From Candidatus Aenigmatarchaeota archaeon (GTDB taxonomy: Archaea > Aenigmatarchaeota > Aenigmatarchaeia > Aenigmatarchaeales > JACQIB01), in the NCBI GenBank assembly GCA_016198755.1, contig JACQIB010000001.1, positions 32,001 to 96,000 on the forward strand: a stretch of 64,000 nucleotides of DNA. The letters run 5' to 3'. Under the pieces are notes generated by a model, which saw only the letters and a list, made by a program, of their open reading frames with translations, did not search any database and was not told where the DNA came from. Position 1 is the stretch's first letter. Each line of letters starts with the position of its first letter. This document shows positions 8,539-18,169 of this stretch, piece after piece. Both the position numbers and the translations under genes were made by a program.

Positions 8539-9669
8539 ATGCCAGCAAGAAGTATCTTAGAACAGGCACTAAATGCCAGAAAAGGCCAAATGCTTAGCCC
8601 AGAGGATAGATTGGCATTTCAAAGTATGTCTGTAACTGATGTTGCAGCTGCAGGTTATGAAATTTTGCGGGAAAAGGGGCGTTACACAAATGGCAGCCCA
8701 AATGGATACGCACCAAATACTTTGCATACCATTTATAGCGGTCTTAATGAAATGAATCCGGCTGCTTTGCCTTCGCTTGGTATAGATATTTCAACATTTA
8801 GTTTTGGACCTTTTAAAGATAGGGATTTAGGAGTATTCAGCCCAGGTACACAATACAAGACTTTGCCAAGAAAAGTGTTGGAAAGAAATGTTTTTACAAA
8901 AACAAGATTTGCACATCAACTATACGGGAGAGACAGAACAGACCCTCATGGAGTTACATTTTATGTTGGTCAGCTTGGAACAGATTTTGATATTTTAGGA
9001 TCAGCAGAAGTAATACGGCCAAGATATTTGAAAAGCTGCTACAGGGGAATAGGTGAGAGTTTCCTACAAACCATAAGGGCAGTTAGAGCTGCAGGAGGCG
9101 AGGCTACAATATGCATGAATGATGGGGATGATATTGCCCCCAATGCTATACAACTTCTAAAGGCTAGTGCAAGAGTGTTCTCTAGAGAGGGATTACAGGG
9201 GCTTGATGCACAGCAGCGCTTTATAGTTATCGACAGGATGGCAATTTCCCAGGACTGGCGGGAAACATTTGAACAGGCAGCAAGAGCACAACTGTCTCCA
9301 TATACGCCGCAGGAGCTTTCTAGAAAAGTTGGTATAGAAAAATTATCTGAAAGAAGGGCAGATGCTATGATGAAAGAAAAGAAGCCCAGCTATCTGGAAG
9401 GAGTGTCTATAGATGAAGCCCTTAAAACAACTATAGTGAAGAGGAGTCCAAGGGTAGCTTTCATACGGAGGAGAATTTTCACAGGTGACAGGATAATTAG
9501 CAGAGAGCCGCAGATGCACAGGGAAGCCAGATTTACTGTTATGACAGGCTATATAGCACTTGCTGATATGTACAAGGCCCAGCTGCGCTTGATTTCTAAT
9601 ACGCAGCCTGAAATGACTCTTGGAGAAAACGATAGTTTGGTTGTTGGTGGAGCTTTAATGGCTGCTTAA
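8539..9669 (+). CDS. Hypothetical protein, 376 aa
   Basis: Long ORF with GGTGA ribosome-binding site upstream; no motif recognised. Confidence 0.65.
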   Translation: MPARSILEQALNARKGQMLSPEDRLAFQSMSVTDVAAAGYEILREKGRYTNGSPNGYAPNTLHTIYSGLNEMNPAALPSLGIDISTFSFGPFKDRDLGVFSPGTQYKTLPRKVLERNVFTKTRFAHQLYGRDRTDPHGVTFYVGQLGTDFDILGSAEVIRPRYLKSCYRGIGESFLQTIRAVRAAGGEATICMNDGDDIAPNAIQLLKASARVFSREGLQGLDAQQRFIVIDRMAISQDWRETFEQAARAQLSPYTPQELSRKVGIEKLSERRADAMMKEKKPSYLEGVSIDEALKTTIVKRSPRVAFIRRRIFTGDRIISREPQMHREARFTVMTGYIALADMYKAQLRLISNTQPEMTLGENDSLVVGGALMAA

Positions 9670-10529
9670 GCTTCCCTTAATTTATTCCACCAGAATTCAA
9701 AATTTTCTTTCAAAACAGAAACTATTATGGAGTTGTCTAAGAACAGCAATTCGTATACAAACATTTCATCAGAGCCAGCTCCTCCGCTGTCAGGATCTGC
9801 ACCACTTAGTGGAGTTTTATAAATAATAGCTGCTTCTTTTCCATCTGCTATGTTACAGCGCAAATTACCTGTATAGCCTACCCTGACATCCATACCTAAG
9901 TTTTTGGCAATTTCTATATTTTTTTCTGTGGGGTTACCATGTTGATAAGATTTCACAACTGCTCTAATTTTTATACCTTTTTTGATAATCTTCCTAATTA
10001 TTTTTTGGCTTTCTTTAACCCAGGACAAATCTCCAGAAAATACAACAAGTTCATTTTTTGCCTTCTGTTCTATTTCTTCCAGCGTCTTAGTAACATGCCC
10101 CTTCCTTTCTATATACCAAATGTTCCATTTCTCTTCCCTATAAATTTCATTACTCCCAACATTTTGCAGTATGTTTGAAAGGCTTTTTGCAATTTGTTCT
10201 TCTGCTTCAAGTTTCTTTTCAAATTCAGCCTTTCTGGCTTTTATATAATTTACAAGAGAAACTTTTGGATTAACCAGTCTGAATGTTTTTGGTCTACCTT
10301 TGCTTATGAGAACAAGACCCTTTTTCTGCAAATCTTCCAGTGTATCATAGATTCTTGGTAAAGGTATGTTTCCAAGCTTTGATATCTTATCAGCTGAAAG
10401 TGATCCATACTTAACAAGAGCCATAAAAGCCTTCATCTCATATTCTTTTAATCCCAAATCCTTTGACAGGTTCTCTGCATCTCTCAATTCAGCCATATTT
10501 TTCACTCTTTTAACCGTGTAAAAGTTCAA
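9666..10529 (-). CDS. TrmB-family transcriptional regulator (true start probably the internal Met at about 10496)
   Basis: LGLKEYE..IPLPRIYDTLEDLQKKGLV..GRPK winged HTH plus C-terminal effector-binding domain. Confidence 0.9.
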   Translation of the reverse strand: MNFYTVKRVKNMAELRDAENLSKDLGLKEYEMKAFMALVKYGSLSADKISKLGNIPLPRIYDTLEDLQKKGLVLISKGRPKTFRLVNPKVSLVNYIKARKAEFEKKLEAEEQIAKSLSNILQNVGSNEIYREEKWNIWYIERKGHVTKTLEEIEQKAKNELVVFSGDLSWVKESQKIIRKIIKKGIKIRAVVKSYQHGNPTEKNIEIAKNLGMDVRVGYTGNLRCNIADGKEAAIIYKTPLSGADPDSGGAGSDEMFVYELLFLDNSIIVSVLKENFEFWWNKLREA

Positions 10530-10625
10530 AGTTCTTCTTGTGCAGAACTATTTAAACCTTCTGCACATACAGGTCGATTTTTGTTAACGCTTAAATAGTT
10601 CTTTCCCATATTCAGAGCAAAGGAG

Positions 10626-13600
10626 GTGAAAAAAATGGGATATGGATGGGGAAAGGATTTGAAAAAGCCCGAGTTTACAAAAGTCTCGGATGTTATTTGG
10701 GAGATTCCAACAAGCTTTAAGAAAGGAATGAACGTTCCAGCAAGAATATACGCAACAAAGCAGATTCTGGATCAGATGGACCTGATGGTTTTTGACCAGA
10801 TAACAAATGTAGCAACGCTTCCAGGAATTTTGAAATATGCTTACTGTATGCCGGATGGACACAGCGGCTACGGATTTCCAATAGGCGGAGTTGCAGCAAT
10901 GGATGCTGTTGAAGGTGTGATATCACCTGGAGGGATCGGATTTGATATCAACTGCCTCCACCCAGACTCAAAAATTTCTCTTTCCAATGGGACTTGGAAA
11001 AAGGTTTCTGATTTAGAGCATGAATGGGAAAATAAAAGAGTAAAGTTTTTTAATATAGAAAACAAAGCAGTTGAAAATGCCACACCCATTATGTTCATGA
11101 AACGTATGGAGGATAATAGTATTTTTGAAATAGTAACAGAAAGCGGAAGAAAAATAAATGTTACGGCAGAACACCCCATTCTAACTCAAAGAGGGTTTAT
11201 CAGAGCCGATAATCTGAAAGAAACAGATAATGTTTACACTCAGCCATTCAGCGGTGTAGAATACGAGAAGCCATCCGACGAGGTCATAGTTTCCTATGTT
11301 GACATAGAAAGAATTTTGGATGTCATAGGAATAACAAACTCTGGAAACGCAAGAGTTCAAATTTTAAATACACTTAAAAGAGTTGGTTTAAATGAAATAC
11401 GGTACAATTCCACGGCCCTGCCAGCTATTTTGAAAATAATGGGATTTGTTTTTGGAGATGGTTGCATATCTATATTGTCAAAAATAAAAAAAGGGATGAC
11501 AGCCTTTTATGGGAAAAAAGAAGATTTAGAAACTATAAAGGAAGACATAAAAAGTTTAGGGTTTAAAGCACAAAATATTTTTTCAAGGCAACGAAAACAT
11601 AAAATAGAAACTTATTATGGAACAAGCGAATTCGATTTTACAGAGCACTCTCTTTTAAAAAAATCCACAGGATTTGCAGCACTTCTCATAGCACTGGGTA
11701 CGCCACATGGAATTAAAACCTCTCAACCTTACAGGATTCCAAAATGGATAATGAAAGCACCTCTATGGCAGAAAAGACTATTTCTCGCAGCATTTTTTGG
11801 AGCAGAGCTTTCCTCTCCAAAAACTATTAATGCATATAATTTTTATATGCATCAGTTAAATATGAACAAACTAGAAATTCTAAAAGAAAATGGCGAAGAA
11901 TTTTTAAATGATATACGTCTACTGCTTTCTGAATTCTGTATAACATCTACATATCCCACTATAGTAGAAGGTAACCAGTATGTAGGCAAAAAAGGAAAAA
12001 CTATAGGTTTAAGAATTTGTATACATTCAAATCCGGACAATTTGGTCAAGCTCTATGAAAATGTGGGATACGAATATAATAAAGAAAAGTCAAATTTGGC
12101 CTGCCTTGCAGCAAATTACACACGCCTAAAGGAATCCATAAAATCACATAGGAGTGACATACGTACTTTGGCTCTTGAAATGTATAAATCAGGCGAAAGA
12201 CCGCGGGATATTAGAGCCGCTTTACTACAAGAAAACATATCAAAAAATTTTATAAACCATTCTATATGGCCTGATAGGAGCAATAATGTAAGGTTGCCTG
12301 CCGCATCAATTACTTTTGCTTTTGATGAATTCAAGAAAAATCTTATAGGAGATGGCATTGTTATCGACAAAATAAAAAAGATCGAACAACACCCCTATAA
12401 AGGATTTGTATATGATATTACAATTAACAATGAAAACCACAATTTTATAGCCAATAATATTATTTCTCACAATTGTGGAATGAGACTTGTTACTACAAAC
12501 CTTACTCTGAAGGATGTACAGCCTAAGCTGAAAGAACTTGTGGATAAGTTGTTCCAGAAGGTTCCAGCGGGAGTTGGTTCAGAAGGTTTTCTAAAGCTTA
12601 CAAAAGATGAGTTCAGGAAAGTTGTTGAGGAAGGGGCAGAGTGGTGCGTGAAAAAAGGATATGGATGGGAGGAAGATTTGCAGAGGACAGAGCTGTATGG
12701 GAGATGTAAGGATGCTGATGCAAAGAAAATCAGCCAGAAATCTGTGGATAGGGGGTATAGCCAGATAGGAACTTTAGGTTCTGGAAATCATTATTTGGAA
12801 ATACAGCATGTAAAACCAGAGAACATTATTGACAAGGCTACAGCAAAGGCATTCGGAATTTTCCCTGATCAGGTTGTAATAATGTTTCACTGCGGTTCCC
12901 GCGGGTTTGGCCATCAGGTTGCAACAGATTATCTTAACACTTTCCTTTCTGTAATGGAAAGCAAATATAAAATAAAGATTTTAGACAGGGAACTTGCATG
13001 TGCTCCGTTTAATTCTCCGGAAGGACAGGATTACTTTACTGCAATGAAATGCGGAATAAATATGAGCTTTGCAAATAGACAGGTTATTCTGCACAGGATT
13101 CGTGAAGTCTTTTCAGATGTTTTCAAACAGCCAGCAGATAAAATGGGTTTACAAATGGTTTATGATGTTGCCCACAACAGAGGTTCTTTGGAAAAGCATT
13201 TAGTGGATGGTAGCTGGAGGGAAGTTATTGTACACAGAAAGGGGGCTACTGCGTGCTTTGGTCCCAACAGAACTGAAGTGCCAAAAATCTGGCAATCCAC
13301 TGGTCAGCCCGTAATTATTGGTGGTTCAATGGAAACAGGTTCATACCTTTTAGTTGGTACAGATAAGGCAGCAGAAACATTTTTTTCAACTGCCCACGGA
13401 GCAGGCAGAACAATGAGCAGGACAAAAGCAAAGGGATTATGGAGAGGGGAACAACTTGTGAAAGATATGCAGAAGAAGGGAATTTACGTGCGCACAGTAT
13501 CTTTCCCAGGATTAGCTGAAGAGGCTGGTGGAGCTTACAAAGATATAGATTCTGTTATAAATGCTGCAGATTTGGCTGGTATTTCAAAGAAAGTTACAAA

Positions 13601-13631
13601 ACTTGTTCCAATAGGAAACGTAAAAGGTTAG
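10626..13631 (+). CDS. rtcB: RNA-splicing ligase RtcB with intein
   Basis: MPDGHSGYGFPIGG, GFDIN/CG, GTLGSGNHYLE, HCGSRG, HRKGAT, STAHGAGR, YKDID. Confidence 0.97.
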   Translation: MKKMGYGWGKDLKKPEFTKVSDVIWEIPTSFKKGMNVPARIYATKQILDQMDLMVFDQITNVATLPGILKYAYCMPDGHSGYGFPIGGVAAMDAVEGVISPGGIGFDINCLHPDSKISLSNGTWKKVSDLEHEWENKRVKFFNIENKAVENATPIMFMKRMEDNSIFEIVTESGRKINVTAEHPILTQRGFIRADNLKETDNVYTQPFSGVEYEKPSDEVIVSYVDIERILDVIGITNSGNARVQILNTLKRVGLNEIRYNSTALPAILKIMGFVFGDGCISILSKIKKGMTAFYGKKEDLETIKEDIKSLGFKAQNIFSRQRKHKIETYYGTSEFDFTEHSLLKKSTGFAALLIALGTPHGIKTSQPYRIPKWIMKAPLWQKRLFLAAFFGAELSSPKTINAYNFYMHQLNMNKLEILKENGEEFLNDIRLLLSEFCITSTYPTIVEGNQYVGKKGKTIGLRICIHSNPDNLVKLYENVGYEYNKEKSNLACLAANYTRLKESIKSHRSDIRTLALEMYKSGERPRDIRAALLQENISKNFINHSIWPDRSNNVRLPAASITFAFDEFKKNLIGDGIVIDKIKKIEQHPYKGFVYDITINNENHNFIANNIISHNCGMRLVTTNLTLKDVQPKLKELVDKLFQKVPAGVGSEGFLKLTKDEFRKVVEEGAEWCVKKGYGWEEDLQRTELYGRCKDADAKKISQKSVDRGYSQIGTLGSGNHYLEIQHVKPENIIDKATAKAFGIFPDQVVIMFHCGSRGFGHQVATDYLNTFLSVMESKYKIKILDRELACAPFNSPEGQDYFTAMKCGINMSFANRQVILHRIREVFSDVFKQPADKMGLQMVYDVAHNRGSLEKHLVDGSWREVIVHRKGATACFGPNRTEVPKIWQSTGQPVIIGGSMETGSYLLVGTDKAAETFFSTAHGAGRTMSRTKAKGLWRGEQLVKDMQKKGIYVRTVSFPGLAEEAGGAYKDIDSVINAADLAGISKKVTKLVPIGNVKG
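10953..12473 (+). mobile_element. Intein (507 aa) with LAGLIDADG homing endonuclease
   Basis: Starts CLHPD after GFDIN, ends SHN before C; block B TAEHP; MGFVFGDG and LAAFFGAE; more AT-rich than the exteins. Confidence 0.95.
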
Positions 13632-13685
13632 TCTCGCTATCTACTGCCTATTTAAAATAGCCAATCAATTATTTGCTGTGATAGT

Positions 13686-15191
13686 ATGTTCAATCTTAAA
13701 GGTTTTTTACAGCTAAGTAAGGAAGCTAAAATACCAGAGCTAAAGGGCTGGGTAAAGGAAGCAAACGAAACAATACTGAAGAAGGGAGCAGACCTTAAAG
13801 TCTCAAAGCCTTCCAAAATAACGGTAGCAGAAATAAAAAAAGACAGGCTTTATCTTACAATAGAGGGGGAATACCCGCGCCCGCACGATGCTTTGCAGAG
13901 GTTTAGGAAATTTTTTGCTGAGAAGGCTGGAAAAGAGCACAAAATTGGAGTTAGGGGACAGATAGCAGAAGAATACTCAGCTGTTTTTGAGCTGGAGCAG
14001 AAAGCTCTGAAAACTGTTTCAGTGCCGTTTGCTGAGGTTAAAATAGACGGAAAGAAGTGTTCTCTGAAATTCAAGGATTTGACAGAGGATTTCCTGCAGA
14101 AAAACTATATTGACAGGATAATGAATCTTGTAAAAGAAAAAATAAAATACCAGTTTTATGAGGGCAAAGACGAATTTTCACAAACTACATGGACAGGAAA
14201 AGAGAGGCCCACAAAATACAGGTCTGATCCTTCAGAGGATCTGGAAAATAAATTATGGATAAAGCGCACAGCAAGCAAAGGCCAGTGGGTTATAGGCAGA
14301 GAGTTCACTGTTTTTCTAAACTCCCTAAAAACCCTTATGAAAGAGAATGTTTTCAAAAAGCTCGGTTTTCAGGAGATGATTTTTCCTAAGTTTGAATACT
14401 GGGATTATCCAAAAGGATCAGGCCACGCAAATACCATATATCCTAATGCCTATTTTGTAATGGTTCCGAAAAATAGTTCTACAGAGTTCTGGGAACCTGT
14501 TTCAGACCACTATAAAATAACAAAAGAAATAGACAAAAAAGGAATATTGGAGAGGGTAGAGTCTGTTGGTATAATGAGCTATGCTCAGTGCCCGCCATTC
14601 TGGGCTTTACTCCAGCAATCAACAGTGGATGAGAGCTCTTTGCCATTGAAAGTTTTTGACTGGTCAGGTCCAACATACAGGAACGAGGCAGGCGGAACGC
14701 ATGGTTTGGACAGGCTTGAGGAATTCAGGAGGATTGAGATGATTTGGGTTGCCAAAAAAGAGGATGAGATAAAGATTTGGAAGGATATTGTTGAGTCTTT
14801 AAAGAACTTTTATGATAAGGTTCTTGATTTGGAAATAAGAACAGACAGGGTAACACCATGGTGGATGGCTCATGCAGGTATAAGGACTGATAAGGGAACA
14901 GATGAGATGGGAACAATAGATTTCAATGCTTATCTTCCATACAGAGGGGATAGGAAGCAGGAATGGCTGGAAATACAGAATGCAAGTTCTAATGGAATCA
15001 AGTATACTGACGGGTTTGGCGTGAAACTTCCTAAAGGAGAACTATGGTCTGGATGCGCTGGTGCAGGATTAGACAGGATTGCTGTAGCTTTGTTAGCGCA
15101 GAAAGGAGTTAATCCAAAAGACTGGCCTTCTGCCCTGACAGATTTGGTTCTTCCGGATTTGCAAAACATAAATCCGCTCAAGCTGCTGTAA
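13686..15191 (+). CDS. serS: Seryl-tRNA synthetase, methanogen type (SerRS2)
   Basis: PRPHDAL N-domain, YAQCPPF, YRNEAGGTHGLDRLEEFRRIE, WSGCAGAGLDR. Confidence 0.85.
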   Translation: MFNLKGFLQLSKEAKIPELKGWVKEANETILKKGADLKVSKPSKITVAEIKKDRLYLTIEGEYPRPHDALQRFRKFFAEKAGKEHKIGVRGQIAEEYSAVFELEQKALKTVSVPFAEVKIDGKKCSLKFKDLTEDFLQKNYIDRIMNLVKEKIKYQFYEGKDEFSQTTWTGKERPTKYRSDPSEDLENKLWIKRTASKGQWVIGREFTVFLNSLKTLMKENVFKKLGFQEMIFPKFEYWDYPKGSGHANTIYPNAYFVMVPKNSSTEFWEPVSDHYKITKEIDKKGILERVESVGIMSYAQCPPFWALLQQSTVDESSLPLKVFDWSGPTYRNEAGGTHGLDRLEEFRRIEMIWVAKKEDEIKIWKDIVESLKNFYDKVLDLEIRTDRVTPWWMAHAGIRTDKGTDEMGTIDFNAYLPYRGDRKQEWLEIQNASSNGIKYTDGFGVKLPKGELWSGCAGAGLDRIAVALLAQKGVNPKDWPSALTDLVLPDLQNINPLKLL

Positions 15192-15221
15192 GCTTTTAAG
15201 CTATATGTCCATAAACTGGAT

Positions 15222-16109
15222 ATGCAAAAAACTCCAGTTGTTTTAATAACAGGATATTTAGGTTCAGGAAAAACTACTTTACTGCGCAAAGTAATAGAAG
15301 AGATGAAAGGAAGGAAAATAGCAGTTTTAATGAACGAATTTGGTTCCATTGGGATAGACGGTAGGGTTTTGAAAGGGAAAGCCGTGGAAATGGTTGAGCT
15401 GAGCGGGGGTTGTGTTTGCTGCTCTTTAACAGGTGAGTTTGAGGCTGCAGTAAAGGAAATACTTGAGAAAATAAAGCCAGAGTATATTTTTGTTGAAACC
15501 ACTGGATTAGCAGAGCCCGATACAATAGTTGGTCTCTTGCAGGATACTATAGCTGATGTGCGCATAGACAGTATAATTTGCATAGCAGATGCAGATTCTC
15601 TCTTGCGTTTTCCAACCCTTGGACATACAGGACGGGTCCAGATTGAACTGGCTGATATTATTCTGCTGAACAAGATAGATTTAGTTCCTTCAGAAAAATT
15701 GCTGGAAATAGAGCATATGCTTAGGGAACTTAATCCAAAAGCAGAAATAACAAGAACGAACCACTGTTCAGTTTCCATTGTTTACCTATTGGGTTTGTAC
15801 ACCCCGAAAGAAATTGAAACCCATGAAAAAGAAGAGCATATACAAGAGGAGTTTTTTTCCTTCAAAAGCGCTGCAGTTTTCAATAGGGAAAAGTTTGAAA
15901 GCTTTTCTTCAGGCCTCCCAGAGAATATTTTCCGTGCAAAAGGGTTTATTGTTTTTCCAGAAGGTGGATTCCTGTTCAATTTTGTTGCAGGAAGGTTTGA
16001 ACTTGAGCCTTTCCCAACAAAGGCCACGGAGCTTGTTTTTATAGGCGGATGCGCCAATTCAGTTAAAGAAAGTCTGTTTGATAAACTGAAAGAATGTGAA
16101 GAAAAATGA
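15222..16109 (+). CDS. COG0523/CobW-family metallochaperone GTPase
   Basis: GYLGSGKTT, NEFG, GCVCC, ETTG, NKID, RAKG. Confidence 0.92.
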   Translation: MQKTPVVLITGYLGSGKTTLLRKVIEEMKGRKIAVLMNEFGSIGIDGRVLKGKAVEMVELSGGCVCCSLTGEFEAAVKEILEKIKPEYIFVETTGLAEPDTIVGLLQDTIADVRIDSIICIADADSLLRFPTLGHTGRVQIELADIILLNKIDLVPSEKLLEIEHMLRELNPKAEITRTNHCSVSIVYLLGLYTPKEIETHEKEEHIQEEFFSFKSAAVFNREKFESFSSGLPENIFRAKGFIVFPEGGFLFNFVAGRFELEPFPTKATELVFIGGCANSVKESLFDKLKECEEK

Positions 16110-16540
16110 GCTACAAATTTCTAGAAGATATTGCAATAGCTGATGTGGCCTTTGAGGCCGACGGAAAAACAATTGAAAATATGTTTGAACAGGCTGGGCT
16201 TGCTTTGGAAAATACAATGGTTAAGGAACTGGAAACCGTAAAAACAACTGATAAGAGGAAAATAACAGCAGAGGGAAAGGATACGGAAACATTACTGCAC
16301 AATTTCTTGGAGGAACTGGTTTACATAAAGGACGCTGAACTTTTGCTTTTTTCCAAGTTTTCAGGCACAAAAATAGCTGAAAAAAATGGAAAGTGGTTCA
16401 TGGAAACCACTGGATTGGGCGAGCCTTTAAACCAAAAGAAACATGAGCTTTTAGTGGATGTAAAAGCAGTGAGCTGGCATAAGTTTTCTGTATCAAAGGT
16501 TAGAGGGGGCTTCAAATCAACAGTAATTCTGGATATTTAA
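16106..16540 (+). CDS. Archease
   Basis: IADVAFEA, DVKAVSWH, C-terminal LDI. Confidence 0.92.
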   Translation: MSYKFLEDIAIADVAFEADGKTIENMFEQAGLALENTMVKELETVKTTDKRKITAEGKDTETLLHNFLEELVYIKDAELLLFSKFSGTKIAEKNGKWFMETTGLGEPLNQKKHELLVDVKAVSWHKFSVSKVRGGFKSTVILDI

Positions 16541-16899
16541 AAAAATGGCCTGTTCCATGGCTCTTTAGGGAAAATCTTTTGTTGTATATAGAAAATTGAA
16601 ATTCCAACCCCATTAGCTGCAACATCCCAAATATCCATTACCCTATATCCAGTAAACCCCTGTAAAATTTCTATTAAAACTCCATATGCAAAAGCCAAAG
16701 CAAGGCACTTTCCAATATCAAGCTTTTTTGAAAGGAAAAGAGCAAAAAAGAAGTACGCAGCAATATGTATAACTGTTCCCGAAAGGGTTATAGCAGCCAG
16801 CCCGCCGGCAGCTATAGGAGCCAATGAACCTGCAAAAAGGACAGCTGTATAGGTTATAATTAAAACCTTTAGGCTTATCTCACGCATACAAAGATTCAC
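16537..16899 (-). CDS. VanZ-like membrane protein
   Basis: HIAAY, YGVLIEILQ..R..DIWDVAANG. Confidence 0.8.
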   Translation of the reverse strand: MNLCMREISLKVLIITYTAVLFAGSLAPIAAGGLAAITLSGTVIHIAAYFFFALFLSKKLDIGKCLALAFAYGVLIEILQGFTGYRVMDIWDVAANGVGISIFYIQQKIFPKEPWNRPFF

Positions 16900-16940
16900 T
16901 GCTCAGAGCCTTTAAATACTTCTGCTTCTAAAGTTTCCGA

Positions 16941-17225
16941 ATGCCATCAGCTTCAGCCCCTTATACAAGGAAATATGCACATACCCAGAGCAGGGGACAT
17001 GAAGGTTTAGTAACATGCGGATATTGCGGAAGGCAGGTTCCCAGGTACAAAACATTCATCAAACACAGGGGGTTCCGCATAACAGATCCGATAATTTTAC
17101 AGGCTGTAGACAGGAGCCAGATGCACTTTTTCTCGCAAAAAATGTATGTATGCCCCTCTTGTGCCCGTTCCCACAATATAGTAGAGCGCGGCCGTTCTGT
17201 AAGGAAAAAACACCTGAACCGTTAA
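16941..17225 (+). CDS. rps26e: Ribosomal protein eS26-like
   Basis: RGH..V.CGYCGRQVPRYK and KMYVCPSCA zinc-finger pattern; basic. Confidence 0.75.
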   Translation: MPSASAPYTRKYAHTQSRGHEGLVTCGYCGRQVPRYKTFIKHRGFRITDPIILQAVDRSQMHFFSQKMYVCPSCARSHNIVERGRSVRKKHLNR

Positions 17226-17271
17226 AAATAAGCTTTAAAAGGGTTACTGGGCAATTGATTTAGGTGAGTAT

Positions 17272-17598
17272 ATGAAAGTCATTCAATCCAGAGCAATATC
17301 TGCTGCAGAGGCAAGGGATATAGTTGAGACAGCCCAGAAGGACAGGGAACTCGGCTATGAGCAGAATCTGGCAGCAGAGCATTTGAAGAAATTTGTAAAG
17401 CTAAAAACAGAAGATGCCAAAAAACTTGGTGAAGAGCTGGCTTCTGTTATAAGAATGAGCCCTGAAACTCAGGCACAGATAATAAACATTCTTCCCAAAA
17501 CACCGGATGAGCTCAGGCTTATATTTGCAAGGGAAAAATTCAGCCTAAAGGAAGATGAAACAGGAAAAATACTTGAAATAGTTAAAAAATATTCTTAA
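17272..17598 (+). CDS. rpoF: RNA polymerase subunit Rpo4/F
   Basis: ELGYEQ..HLKKF, IINILPKTPDELR; upstream of DUF655 and ksgA. Confidence 0.9.
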   Translation: MKVIQSRAISAAEARDIVETAQKDRELGYEQNLAAEHLKKFVKLKTEDAKKLGEELASVIRMSPETQAQIINILPKTPDELRLIFAREKFSLKEDETGKILEIVKKYS

Positions 17599-17602
17599 TC
17601 TG

Positions 17603-18169
17603 TTGATTGATATGAGGGACGAAAACTTTATTGTACTGGATTTTCTTCCAAAAGGAAGGAACGATGCTCGAAGGCCGGAGCCTGTTGCACAGGTTATTGG
17701 AGAGCGCTTTTTCTCTTTGCTTGAAGTTATAGCAAAAGAGGGGGCTACACTGAAACAGGGGGATAAAGTCTATATTGGAGAGGGTGAAAGAAAGGATATA
17801 GATCACATTAAAAGAAGGCTTTCTGTAAGGGAGTTAACAACATTTGCACGCTCAGAGCTGCCTTTTATGATTGAAAAAATTGTAAATAACAACGAGAGCC
17901 GTTATGTCAGTTTTTTCAACAATGCACAGCCAATTACAACCCGCTTGCACCAGCTTGAGCTTTTACCAGGAGTAGGAAACAAGCATATGTGGGACATTAT
18001 TTCAGAAAGGAAAAAAGGGCAGTTCAAGAGTTTTGAAGATCTTAGAAACAGAGTAAAGCTTTTGCCAGACCCAAAAGGCATGATAATAAAGAGGATAACG
18101 CAGGAGCTTGAAAACGATAATGAACGCTTCCGTTTATTTGTACTTGGTCCACCGCAGCGCCGGTTTTGA
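17603..18169 (+). CDS. DUF655 HhH nucleic-acid-binding protein
   Basis: VLDFLP, FSLLE, RLHQLELLPGVG. Confidence 0.9.
   Translation: MIDMRDENFIVLDFLPKGRNDARRPEPVAQVIGERFFSLLEVIAKEGATLKQGDKVYIGEGERKDIDHIKRRLSVRELTTFARSELPFMIEKIVNNNESRYVSFFNNAQPITTRLHQLELLPGVGNKHMWDIISERKKGQFKSFEDLRNRVKLLPDPKGMIIKRITQELENDNERFRLFVLGPPQRRF

Noticed and set aside
14930-15778. 282-aa minus-strand ORF
   Set aside because: Shadow of serS and the COG0523 gene, which carry the real motifs
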